From an uncultured Nitrospiraceae bacterium (lineage in GTDB: Bacteria; Nitrospirota; Nitrospiria; Nitrospirales; Nitrospiraceae): a DNA stretch of 64,000 nucleotides. Shown here in pieces: positions 29,278 through 40,479 of this stretch. The position numbers and the translations under genes were made by a program. Position 1 is the stretch's first letter, and every line of letters begins with the position of its first letter. The notes beneath the pieces are model-generated. The model searched no databases, had not been told where the DNA came from, and worked only from the letters and a program-made list of their open reading frames with translations. Location of the stretch: positions 640,001 to 704,000 of the forward strand of contig CAVSTP010000004.1 of the NCBI GenBank assembly GCA_963730935.1. The letters are read 5' to 3'.

Positions 29278-30741
29278 TCAGGCGGCGGACGACGTATCCT
29301 CTGTGATCTGGTGTGCCGATAACGGAGCGGCGATCTGTTCCAACGAACGGCCTTCAGCCTTGACGCCCAGCATGAGCTCCACCACCGCGCCCACCAGCAT
29401 CAATCCAGCCCCAAGCAGATAGCCGTAAAACACACTCGTCACTGACGTTTCGATCATCCGGCCGTAGAGCCAGGGTGCGATAATGCCCGCCCCTTGCGCC
29501 ACCATAAAGAAAAAGGCGATCGCCATGGCGCGGATTTCCATCGGGAAGATCTCGCTGACGGTCAGGTAGGCGGCGCTGGCGCCGGCCGAGGCAAAAAAGA
29601 AGATCGACGACCAGGCCAATAGGTGCGTGGTCACGGTAAACGAGGCGGTCCAAAACAGGTACCCGGTCAGCGCCAGCAGCACTCCCGCCGTGGCATATGT
29701 GAAACTAATCATCTGCTTCCGGCCGATCGTGTCGAAAAATCGTCCCAACAGCAGGGGTCCGAGAAAATTCCCGAGCGCAAAGGGCAACAGATAGAGGCCG
29801 ATCGTCGTCGTCGGCACGTCGTAGTACTTGGTCAGGACGAAGGGAAATGAGAACGAGACCGCGTTGTACATGAAGGATTGCGTGATCATCAACGCCAACC
29901 CCAGCACCGTTCGCCGTGGATAGGACTGAAAGAGCTCCCGCGCCACGGTGCCTATGGTCGCGCCGTGCGGACGCGTGCGCACGGTGATCGAGCCTCTCGC
30001 TTCGGGTAGGGCCTTTAATCCTTCATCCCGCGAGACCTGGCGTTCAATGCGCGAGACAATTTCATCGGCTTCCTCAATCCGGCTGTGGGTCATGAGCCAT
30101 CGCGGACTTTCCGGGACGAATCGCCGAACCAGCACGATCGCAATGCCAAGCACCGCCCCGAAAATAAAACAGAGACGCCATCCCAACCACTCAGGAATGA
30201 TGCGTGTGTTCAGCAGGACGACGGACAGCAGGGCGCCGGTCGCCGACCCGAGCCACCAGGTGCCGTTGATCGCGAGATCCGTGTGGCCGCGGCGACGGGC
30301 AGGTATCAGTTCGTCGATCGCAGAGTTGATGGCGGCATATTCCCCTCCGATGCCGGCTCCCGTCAAAAAGCGGAAGCACATGAGGCTTGTCAGGTCCCAC
30401 GCAAACGCCGTGAGGATCGTCGCCGCCAGATACAGCAGCAACGTGATCATGAACCATTTTTTCCGTCCCTGCCGGTCCGTGAGATAGGAAAACACGAGCG
30501 CCCCAATGACCGATCCCGCGAGATAGGCCGAGGCCGCCAACCCCACCTCGGACTCCGTGAGCGCCAGCGTCGTCGGATGCGTGAGGACCGGTCCCAAGGC
30601 CGCAACGATCGAGACCTCAAGACCGTCGAGCAGCCAGGTCACCCCGAGCGCTGACACGACAAGCCAGTGCCAGTTCGACCAGGGTAAACGATCCATCCGC
30701 TGAGGAATATTCGTGACGATGAAAGGAGGGGGCTCGACCAT
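29278..30741 (-). CDS. MFS transporter (sugar-porter-like)
   Basis: DRQGRK, GIGGE, PESPRWL and SEIFP. Confidence 0.92.
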   Translation of the reverse strand: MVEPPPFIVTNIPQRMDRLPWSNWHWLVVSALGVTWLLDGLEVSIVAALGPVLTHPTTLALTESEVGLAASAYLAGSVIGALVFSYLTDRQGRKKWFMITLLLYLAATILTAFAWDLTSLMCFRFLTGAGIGGEYAAINSAIDELIPARRRGHTDLAINGTWWLGSATGALLSVVLLNTRIIPEWLGWRLCFIFGAVLGIAIVLVRRFVPESPRWLMTHSRIEEADEIVSRIERQVSRDEGLKALPEARGSITVRTRPHGATIGTVARELFQSYPRRTVLGLALMITQSFMYNAVSFSFPFVLTKYYDVPTTTIGLYLLPFALGNFLGPLLLGRFFDTIGRKQMISFTYATAGVLLALTGYLFWTASFTVTTHLLAWSSIFFFASAGASAAYLTVSEIFPMEIRAMAIAFFFMVAQGAGIIAPWLYGRMIETSVTSVFYGYLLGAGLMLVGAVVELMLGVKAEGRSLEQIAAPLSAHQITEDTSSAA

Positions 30742-30744
30742 CGG

Positions 30745-32208
30745 TCACCATCCCAATTGCCAGCGATGCCCGTTCCGCTCGAGCAATTGGTCTGCCTCAG
30801 TCGGCCCCCATGTCCCCGCCGTATAGAATACAGGCTCCCGCTTGCCGGCGACCAGAGGGTCGTAGAGTCGCCAGGCGGTCTCAGTAAAGTCGGCGGTGAC
30901 GAAGAGCGTTTGATCGCCGATCATGATGTCCCGCAAGAGCGTCTCATAGGCTTCAGGCAGCTCGCCTCCAAAGGCCTGCTTGTAATCGAATTGGAGCGCG
31001 CGGTTCGTGAAGCTGAATGGCCGGCCCGGAGTCTTGACTGAAAATCCCAGCGCAAACCCTTCGCTGGGCTGTAGTGTGATGATGAGTTGGTTGGGATCGA
31101 GGCTGTCGGGGTCGAGGGAGCGAAACACGAGGATGGGCGCCTGTCGAAAGATCACGGAGACCTGCGTGATCTTGCGCGGCAGACGTTTGCCTGTTCGTAG
31201 ATAGAAGGGCACGCCGCGCCAGCGCCAATTATGGATTTCCATTTTCAGGGCCACGAAGGTTTCAGTCAACGACTCCGGCGGGACGCCTTTTTCCTCCCGA
31301 TAACCGGGAATCCTGTGACCATCGAATTCCCAAGTCTGATACTGACTGAACACAACGTCACGCGGGTCGATCGGCGGAATGGAGCGCAATACTTTCAATT
31401 TCTCCGCTTGGATCGCGTCCGCGTCGAAGGACACAGGGACTTCCATGCCCACCACCGTCACCAGTTGCGTCAAATGGTTCTGGACCATATCGCGCAAGGC
31501 GCCCGCTTCGTTGTAGTAGGCCCCGCGGTGCTCGACGCCGAGATCCTCGGCCACGGTCACCTGCACGCATTCCACCGACTCGCGCTTCCAGATGGACTCA
31601 AAAATGGGATTCGCAAACCGGAAGGCCAGCAGATTTTGCACCGTTTCCTTACCCAGGTAGTGGTCGATCCGATAGATCTGCGATTCGTCGAGATAGCGGT
31701 GCAGGAGGGTATTCAATGCACGGGCCGAGTGGAAATCGTGTCCGAATGGCTTCTCGAAGACCACGCGCACCCATCCGCGGCTCTTTAGCAGGCAGGCCTG
31801 AGCAAGACGTTCGACCGCCCCCGGAACGGCCGTCGGCGGCAGGGCCAGATAGAAGACACGGTTTTCCGGCAGATTACGGGCGAGTTCCACCTGCCGGATG
31901 TACTTGCCCAGTCTCTCATAGTCTTCGGGTTCGCCTCGACCAACCGATTGGTAATGAAGATATTCATCACACCAGCGACGCAAATCCGGCGCATTGCGCG
32001 CGACGGATTTGTTCAGACTTTCGTAAGCCCAAAGACGAAACGCCTCTTCGCTCATCTCCGGCTGCGCCGCCCCGAGGATGAGCGTATTCTGTTTCTCCAA
32101 TTCGCCGTACGTACGCAGGTGAAACAAGGCGGGCAACAGCTTGCGTGTCGTCAAATCACCGGTCGCCCCTAGAATGATGAAGAGATGCGGTTCAACAGAC
32201 TCGGCCAT
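30745..32208 (-). CDS. zwf: Glucose-6-phosphate 1-dehydrogenase
   Basis: GATGDL, EKPFG, RIDHYLGKETVQN and RDMVQNH. Confidence 0.97.
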   Translation of the reverse strand: MAESVEPHLFIILGATGDLTTRKLLPALFHLRTYGELEKQNTLILGAAQPEMSEEAFRLWAYESLNKSVARNAPDLRRWCDEYLHYQSVGRGEPEDYERLGKYIRQVELARNLPENRVFYLALPPTAVPGAVERLAQACLLKSRGWVRVVFEKPFGHDFHSARALNTLLHRYLDESQIYRIDHYLGKETVQNLLAFRFANPIFESIWKRESVECVQVTVAEDLGVEHRGAYYNEAGALRDMVQNHLTQLVTVVGMEVPVSFDADAIQAEKLKVLRSIPPIDPRDVVFSQYQTWEFDGHRIPGYREEKGVPPESLTETFVALKMEIHNWRWRGVPFYLRTGKRLPRKITQVSVIFRQAPILVFRSLDPDSLDPNQLIITLQPSEGFALGFSVKTPGRPFSFTNRALQFDYKQAFGGELPEAYETLLRDIMIGDQTLFVTADFTETAWRLYDPLVAGKREPVFYTAGTWGPTEADQLLERNGHRWQLGW

Positions 32209-32402
32209 AGACCCCGTCGCCTTTCACGTCTCTTGACCGTACGATTTAGAGGCGGACCAGGTCAACCCACCAAACCCCTGACTAGAATGGCCGGCCTTTA
32301 CCGTGGGATCGGCAACGACAGGGGTGGCGGGACAGGCAAATCCGGGCTAAGCGCTGAGGTTTACTGAAGAAGGGCGTCGTAAGCGGTGGCGGCTACAACG
32401 GA

Positions 32403-32801
32403 TTACGTCGGAAGCAGCGTCACATGCACGGTTCGTTCGCGCGGCCCGTCCAATTCGATCAACAGCACCGATTGCCAGGTGCCCAAGACCAACTGTCCGT
32501 CCGCCACGGGAACGGTGAGAGAGGGGCCAAGAATGGACGCGGCCATATGCGACCAGGCATGCGATGGGTCATGGGCATGACGAAAACGAATTGACGGAAT
32601 GATCTGTTCGACGACCTCCAGCAGATCCTGCTCAGTGCCTTCGCCAATCTCCCCGGTCGTCAGCGCCGCGGTGGTATGGGTGACGAAGAGCATGCAGAGA
32701 CCGTCGCGCATCTTCCCGCGCTTGATCAACGACTGCACACGCTCGGTGAGGTCGACGACCTCCTTGAGACTTCCGGTGCTGACCCGGAGCACCTCTGCCA
32801 T
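32403..32801 (-). CDS. YjbQ/UPF0047 family protein
   Basis: HTTAAL, SHMAASILG, LGTWQ and ELDGPR; start at MAEVL. Confidence 0.88.
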   Translation of the reverse strand: MAEVLRVSTGSLKEVVDLTERVQSLIKRGKMRDGLCMLFVTHTTAALTTGEIGEGTEQDLLEVVEQIIPSIRFRHAHDPSHAWSHMAASILGPSLTVPVADGQLVLGTWQSVLLIELDGPRERTVHVTLLPT

Positions 32802-33398
32802 ACGGCCTCTACTCTTTCCCATGCCTTTGTTCGTGCCGCGGAACGTGACAGCAGCATTTCTCAGAGAAGCTGCGCCGGCACCTGTGCAACCCGGCGAAGA
32901 CGATAGACCATGAGATAACCTCATTCCCGATGGAGACAGGGTTTGGTAATTGAGCGCTAGAACTGTTGCGCTCGAGGTGAACGCACCATACCGCCGACCC
33001 AAAACGAGGTTGCTAAGAAGCGGGTCAGTCTTTGTAAAAAGTCGGTGAAGATCGGACCGATGGAGGGTAAAAAAGCGAGGCGAAACCCCAACAGGCGGCG
33101 CCTGCTTCTCTAGCCGAAGTGGGACTGCCTGGCAATGGTGATGTGAGGCACTTGGCGCCGCTAGGTGGCCGAACGTCTGCGCGGCCGCGAGGCGCGGGAT
33201 CTCGCGAGGAGAGAAGACATGAAGAGACAAACCGCCGACAAATACGCTCGCATGCCCAGGGAACGCATGGTGGTAGACCTCCTCAGTGATGTGTCTGGTT
33301 ACAAGGTAATGCCCGGAGATTAACGCCGGCTTAGGCAGAGCTTAGAACCTTCTCACCGTTGGTAGCCCCCCTGCTCCGTCTCTGCTACGCTGCCGGGC

Positions 33399-34310
33399 AT
33401 GCCGCAGGCCCTTGTGGCGTTCATCATCCTGTTCCTCGGCGCGGCGCTGCTCCGCGCCTCCAACCTGCTCAACAGGTCGCACGCCGAGCGCCTTGCCGCC
33501 CTGGTGTTCTCGATCAGCCTTCCGGCAACCATCCTGGTCTCACTCGACGGAATTCAGTTCACATACGCGGCATGGAAGCTCCCGCTGGCGGCCTGCTTCG
33601 TCACGCTGCCGATGGTGGTCGTCGCGTGGCAACTTTCACAACTGCTGCATCTCCCTCGCCTGACCCGGGGTGGATTCCTTCTAGGGACGGGCTGCATCAA
33701 TTCCATCTACTTTGCCTATCCGGTCATCCTGGCAACCTTCGGCGACGAGGGGCTCGCACGTGCCGTCCTGTTCGACCTGGGACAGACCACCCTGACCTTG
33801 ACGCTGTTGTATGGTCTGGCGCTCTGGCATGGATCCAGCTCGACCCATGACGGATCGGCGATGCGGCGCCTCATTGCCGCTCCTCCCCTTTGGGCCTTGA
33901 TCGGCATCCTGGCGTTGAAACTGTTCGGACTGCGCCTGCCTATCTGGCTGCGGGAACTGCTCACACCCGTTCACATGACGACGACGCCGCTCGCGAGTCT
34001 CGTGCTGGGGCTGTCGATCAGCTTATCGGGCCAAGGCAACCTGAGCCTCGCCGCGTTTGGCGTGCTGGTGCGAATGGGCGTGGGCGTGCTGTTGGGATTT
34101 GCCGCTGCGGAGGTTTTAGACTTGGCAGGCATCGAACGAGCGGTGGTGATACTGGTGGCGGGAATGCCGACTGCGGTGACCGCCGTGATCTTTGCGGCCG
34201 AGACGGGTCTGGATGAAGAACTGGTCGCCTCAATCGTAGCGTTGTCTGTCGGTGCAGGCGTGGCGCTGTTGCCGTGGGTGCCTCAACTTGCAAAGTGGCT
34301 GGCGAGCTGA
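33399..34310 (+). CDS. AEC (auxin efflux carrier) family transporter
   Basis: About 10 TM segments with SLPA, NSIYFAYP and MPTAV. Confidence 0.88.
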   Translation: MPQALVAFIILFLGAALLRASNLLNRSHAERLAALVFSISLPATILVSLDGIQFTYAAWKLPLAACFVTLPMVVVAWQLSQLLHLPRLTRGGFLLGTGCINSIYFAYPVILATFGDEGLARAVLFDLGQTTLTLTLLYGLALWHGSSSTHDGSAMRRLIAAPPLWALIGILALKLFGLRLPIWLRELLTPVHMTTTPLASLVLGLSISLSGQGNLSLAAFGVLVRMGVGVLLGFAAAEVLDLAGIERAVVILVAGMPTAVTAVIFAAETGLDEELVASIVALSVGAGVALLPWVPQLAKWLAS

Positions 34311-34323
34311 CTCGCTTTCGCGA

Positions 34324-34430
34324 ATCTCAATCTCAGATCTCAAATTTCAAATTTGCTCCCTCCAAGCTTGCTCGCTCACTCTCCCCAAGAGCGGTCTTGA
34401 TCTGTCCCTCACTGCGCGCTTGACGAGCAC
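34324..34430. repeat. Heptamer tract plus repeat module A
   Basis: Degenerate ATCTCAA/ATTTCAA tandem followed by TGCTCCCTCCAAGCTTGCTCG at 34354. Confidence 0.75.
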
Positions 34431-34698
34431 CTAGGCTTGCTCTTCTTCTTATCGCGGGATGGATGGGTAACCGTCTGCGACTTGCGAGGGGTGCATGGCC
34501 TTGTCACTGCGGTCGCTGTAAGCGATGGCGAGCATTGTTCGAAGTTCCGTTCGATCAGCGGACGGAACAAGTTGCGGAGCCAAGCTGCGACAGGGCCATG
34601 CAGTTTCCCCCTCGCTGAAGCAGCGGTTATCCCACCGTCCTACGCCCCTTTCTGGTATGCCGCGGTTGGCGGGGAAGAGGACGGTTCAGACCGCCCGC

Positions 34699-35058
34699 TC
34701 ATGTCTCCATCATTTCCAATCGCGCATCGAATTCATGCCCGCAGGACACGCAGCGGATGCAATCGGATTCCACGGTGAATTCGTCCGATCTGATACCCAT
34801 TCCTCCGCAATCCGGACAGCGCGCCAGTTGTACGCGCTGGTCGTCCAGCGTTTCGTATTGACTGCCGCGGAAGCAATAGATCGGTTTCCCCTCAAGCAGC
34901 CACGGATTGCCCGCATTGTCTACCACGGGTAGGGCGAGATAGTGATGCTTCACATAGTCTTCGATGTCGCGGCTGCTCGCAAATCCATCCTTGATCAATT
35001 TGCCGCTTGCCGCCTCATAGAGAGTGTTGGCTTTGACGATCGCTTTCGTCGGTCCCAT
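34699..35058 (-). CDS. Zinc-ribbon hypothetical protein
   Basis: CPDC...CIRCVSC; AGGAGG RBS. Confidence 0.75.
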   Translation of the reverse strand: MGPTKAIVKANTLYEAASGKLIKDGFASSRDIEDYVKHHYLALPVVDNAGNPWLLEGKPIYCFRGSQYETLDDQRVQLARCPDCGGMGIRSDEFTVESDCIRCVSCGHEFDARLEMMET

Positions 35059-35092
35059 ATTTTCCCTCCTGCTGCCGTGAAAAGTGAGCGCT

Positions 35093-35869
35093 CTAGATGA
35101 CCCCGGAATAATACCGGAGGATATTGGAGACGGAGATCACCCCGATAATTTCGCCGTCCTGTGCGACTGCCAGATGGCGCGTCGCCTGTTCCTTCATCAA
35201 TCTCACCGCCTCGATGAGCGGCCGGTCCCCGTGGATCGCGACCAACGGCTTGCGGACACAGGATTGCACCTGCGTCGTGTTGGCATCGAGCCCGTTCGCC
35301 ACCACATCGTGTGCGAGAGCGGTATCGGTGATAAATCCGACGTAGGTCTGATTGTCCGTCACGAGCAGGGAGCCCGTTTTCCATTTTTGCATCAGCCGTC
35401 CGGCCTCCCGCAGGGTGGCGGTATGGGGGACACTGCGCACATCAGGCGCCATATGCTCGGCCACCTGCGGGCCGGTGAGCATTTGACGTCCCGACTGCAG
35501 TTTCTTCGGCTCGGTAGCCCGGCGGGCCTCCAATTCGGCGATGCAGCTTTCCAGCACACGGCTTCGTTGCATGAGATTCTGTCGTTCGCCGTCAAGGCCG
35601 ATGCTTTCGGGAGCCTCCTCAGTCATGTTGACGAGGCCGGAGGCCTCGCCCAATTGCGCATACTGATACGCATCAAGCAGTTCGGATGTTTCCCCGAGCA
35701 GTTCGGCGATCAGACGCTCCGACTCCGAATCGAACTCCTCGAGGCTGTGGCTCCCCTTGCCCTTTTTAACATAGGGGGCGAGATCGGCCAGGTGTTTACG
35801 CATGCGTTCAATGCTGCGGTCGAGAGAGATTCGTGGCTTTTTCGAGTTCGTGGTGCGAGTCGAGGCCAT
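35093..35869 (-). CDS. CBS-domain protein
   Basis: C-terminal CBS pair (VAEHM..TLREAGRLM; LIEAVRLM..RHLAV). Confidence 0.85.
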   Translation of the reverse strand: MASTRTTNSKKPRISLDRSIERMRKHLADLAPYVKKGKGSHSLEEFDSESERLIAELLGETSELLDAYQYAQLGEASGLVNMTEEAPESIGLDGERQNLMQRSRVLESCIAELEARRATEPKKLQSGRQMLTGPQVAEHMAPDVRSVPHTATLREAGRLMQKWKTGSLLVTDNQTYVGFITDTALAHDVVANGLDANTTQVQSCVRKPLVAIHGDRPLIEAVRLMKEQATRHLAVAQDGEIIGVISVSNILRYYSGVI

Positions 35870-35994
35870 AACACCTCCAATCAGTCAGGCGGGAAGAGTC
35901 TGGAATTTTACCTGTGTGCATCACACTGTGGCAAGGGTGTTCTGAGCGGCTAGAAAGCCGCTCGCAGCGACCAGGGATAGAAAGGTTCTAGAGA

Positions 35995-36438
35995 TCATCG
36001 ACCGGCGCAGCGCTGGCCTCCCATTCCGTCCGGTGCACAGCGAATGGATCCCGAATAATCCGGTCCAACAGGCGCAGGAATCGTATAGGCGGGAACAGGA
36101 CGGTCAGGCGTGGCGGGTCCATCTGGGACTGGCGGCGATGATGGGAGCTTGGCGGGGACGTCTGCCCGGCCGGCCAATGAGGAAGGTGATGGAGCAGGAT
36201 GCCGACCTGAGGGGGGCTCGATCAGGGATGGCGTCGCATCGGAAGGTGCCGGCTGCGTTGAAGTGCCGGACATCTTGTGTTCCGGCCGCTGGGATGCTTG
36301 ATCCGCGAGCATGGCGCGTATCGCCTTGAGGTTTTCGTGGGCATCGTCCACCGAACTTAGGTCCTGCTCCTTGACGGGATCACCGACCATGATGATCCCG
36401 CACCCGGAAAAAAGATAGACGAGTAAAAGCGATGCCAT
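35995..36438 (-). CDS. Pro-rich hypothetical lipoprotein
   Basis: Lipobox FSGC and a C-terminal CAPDGMGGQRC. Confidence 0.55.
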   Translation of the reverse strand: MASLLLVYLFSGCGIIMVGDPVKEQDLSSVDDAHENLKAIRAMLADQASQRPEHKMSGTSTQPAPSDATPSLIEPPSGRHPAPSPSSLAGRADVPAKLPSSPPVPDGPATPDRPVPAYTIPAPVGPDYSGSIRCAPDGMGGQRCAGR

Positions 36439-36702
36439 TAGAACCCGAATGCGTGGTGAACTGGATGACCTTCCCCACTTCCTCCTTTGTGGGGGTGGAT
36501 GTCCCGCGAGCGACTTATGCGAAGGCTCGGGACCCGCACCGCCAAGCATCTGCGGTCGCCGCGCGACAGCGAGGATGTCTGACGTTCCGTTTGGCAATAC
36601 CAGAAACGGAACTAGTTTCCGAGCTGAGCTGATGCGAGGCGCTGTGCGGTCGAGCCGTAGCATTCGAGCAAGCAGGATTTCCACCAGCCGCCTCCCCCCT
36701 TC

Positions 36703-38442
<1,740 letters not shown>

Positions 38443-38470
38443 CTCGTTGCGGCGGTGTGCCCCCTTGTCC

Positions 38471-39151
38471 TCACCCCAGTTGTTTGGGCCAGAGGGATTC
38501 GAGTTCCGGGAACCGTTGCCGATAGTCGGCATGGCTGGCGCGCAGTACTTTTAAGGCCTCCTCCCGCCCATACACGCCGGTGATTTCAACCTTGTGATGC
38601 AGGGCGCCCGGCGCTTGCTTGTACGTGAGAAAATAATGCCGCAGTCGATCGATCAAGCTGACGGGACAGTCACCGATGTCCTTGAAATCGCCGTAGGCGG
38701 CATCATCCTTCATCACCGCGATGATCTTGTCGTCCGCTTCGCCGCCGTCCGCAAGACTGAATCCTCCGATGGGAATGGCGGTCAGCAGAATGTCGCTGTG
38801 CGGAATGGTCTTTTCGGTGAGCACACAGATATCGAGGGGATCGCCGTCGCCGACGATGTCTTTGCGTTTTGCCCGTTTCGAGAAAATCGCCGCTACCTTG
38901 TCGCCGCAATAGGTTTGAGGCACGAGACCATAATAAACCGGGCAATAGTTGGAGAAGCGTTGCGGACGGTCGACTTTGAGGAACCCGCTGTCCTTGTCGA
39001 CTTCGTACTTCACCGTATCGGTCGGCACGATTTCAATGTACGCCGTCACCACTTCCGGCGCCTTCTCTCCGATAGACACGCCATGCCAGGGATGGGCCTT
39101 GAACATCAGATTCATCAACCGTTGGATCGGATCCCCTAACGACCGCCCCAT
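38471..39151 (-). CDS. ppa: Inorganic pyrophosphatase (family I)
   Basis: HPWHG, KYE, DGDPLD and DDKII. Confidence 0.92.
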   Translation of the reverse strand: MGRSLGDPIQRLMNLMFKAHPWHGVSIGEKAPEVVTAYIEIVPTDTVKYEVDKDSGFLKVDRPQRFSNYCPVYYGLVPQTYCGDKVAAIFSKRAKRKDIVGDGDPLDICVLTEKTIPHSDILLTAIPIGGFSLADGGEADDKIIAVMKDDAAYGDFKDIGDCPVSLIDRLRHYFLTYKQAPGALHHKVEITGVYGREEALKVLRASHADYRQRFPELESLWPKQLG

Positions 39152-39181
39152 TAATGCCTCCTTGGGTTTCGTGGGTCTCTG

Positions 39182-39607
39182 TCAGGCTCGCGACATCGTC
39201 TCCCTGACGACAATAAACCATTTCGGTTTCATGCGGCCAAAATCGGTTCTGACATGCCGTTTGAGCGCCGAAGCGGAATCGAGCACATAGGCGTGTTCAT
39301 GCGTGCGCACGAAGACCACCCAATGCCAATAGGGCCGCCTCCGATCGCGATGCCACTTGATGGCAAGCAGGGCCTTCGCAGGCAGCGCCGACCAGGAGAC
39401 AAAGGGCATCTCTGCTCCATGCGCGCTCAGTCCGTAGTGCGCAAGCAGGCGCCGCACATACCTGGTCTCGGACCACAAGCGCTCATCGGTGGCGACAATG
39501 CCTAATCGCCGCGCTGATCGCTGCGCAGCCTTGTAGCGGACGCCGGCCAGCGCCGCCACACTGGCGATGCCGCAGCCGGTCCGCTCGAGCTGCACCACCG
39601 GCTTCAT
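39182..39607 (-). CDS. Peptidase C39-like protein
   Basis: Q..TGCG, HWVV and VLDS give a Cys-His-Asp arrangement. Confidence 0.65.
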   Translation of the reverse strand: MKPVVQLERTGCGIASVAALAGVRYKAAQRSARRLGIVATDERLWSETRYVRRLLAHYGLSAHGAEMPFVSWSALPAKALLAIKWHRDRRRPYWHWVVFVRTHEHAYVLDSASALKRHVRTDFGRMKPKWFIVVRETMSRA

Positions 39608-40107
39608 GACAGCTCCACTTTCAGCTTGCGTCCGCCCGAGATCGTGAATCCCTGGCGTTGGTAAAACGCCAACGTCCGATCGAATTGCGGCAAGGGAGGC
39701 GTTGTGACTTCGAGGCGTCGCCATCCTCTGGCCTGTCCGACTTTTTTCGATTCGGCAATCAATGCTGTCCCTATTCCACGCGACCGATGCGACGGACGGA
39801 CATAGAATTCCGGAATTGTACCGTAGACTCCCCCGGTATACAGCGCATAGCTCTGATACAGCGCCAGGAATCCGACACATGCTCCACCGTCTCTCGCAAG
39901 CAACACCAGATAGGACTCGTCAGAGAGCCAGGCACGAGCTCGAGCTTCCGTTTCATGGTGATCAAAGTTAAAGACCTTCTCACTCACGGCCACCATGATT
40001 TCGTGGAGCAGCTCTCCAACCATGGCGGCGATGACATGGGCGTCCGCCGGCAGAGCGGGATCAATGCGAGTGGTCACGGTAGATTTCTCGCGTTGCTCAA
40101 TGTCCAT
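39604..40107 (-). CDS. GNAT N-acetyltransferase
   Basis: EFYVRPSHRSRGIG and AFYQRQGF. Confidence 0.9.
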   Translation of the reverse strand: MDIEQREKSTVTTRIDPALPADAHVIAAMVGELLHEIMVAVSEKVFNFDHHETEARARAWLSDESYLVLLARDGGACVGFLALYQSYALYTGGVYGTIPEFYVRPSHRSRGIGTALIAESKKVGQARGWRRLEVTTPPLPQFDRTLAFYQRQGFTISGGRKLKVELS

Positions 40108-40207
40108 GATGACTGAAATTCATTCTTCGATGATCCTTCCAAGCCTGCTCGTTCTCTTCACTAAGCGCGTTGGGCGAGCAAATGAACGCATCTCGGCCCT
40201 CCTCGCA

Positions 40208-40405
40208 CTATTCCGCAGGGAGCTCAATCGGCCCCGCCCACTCGCCTTTGGCCAGCCGCACCTCCTGGTATCCCCCATCCGGCCACTGAAACTGTCCCGC
40301 CTCATCGATCTGCACGATGAACGGGTCGTCTTCGTGGGCTTCACCACGAAACCAGTACCAGCCTGCCGTGGCAGGCTTCGATGTGCTCCATCTGTGCGTC
40401 GACAT
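40208..40405 (-). CDS. Small hypothetical protein
   Basis: 65-aa Trp-rich ORF (KP..AGWYWFR, WAGPI). Confidence 0.6.
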   Translation of the reverse strand: MSTHRWSTSKPATAGWYWFRGEAHEDDPFIVQIDEAGQFQWPDGGYQEVRLAKGEWAGPIELPAE

Positions 40406-40479
40406 CAGATGCTCGGCAACCGCGGATGATGAGATCTCGTCGTGGCTTCTGCTACAGTCGCACCGTGACGAACCCTAGC

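Noticed and set aside
32802..33230. Long N-terminal extension of YjbQ
   Set aside because: Family homology begins at MAEVL (32801) and the extension does not look protein-like
19001..34374. CRISPR array from the repeated 21-mer
   Set aside because: Copies are kilobases apart with no regular spacers, and there are no cas genes
36584..36612. Inverted repeat GTTCCGTTT/AAACGGAAC downstream of the helicase
   Set aside because: Single short stem with no clear U-tract or second copy, so no function can be assigned
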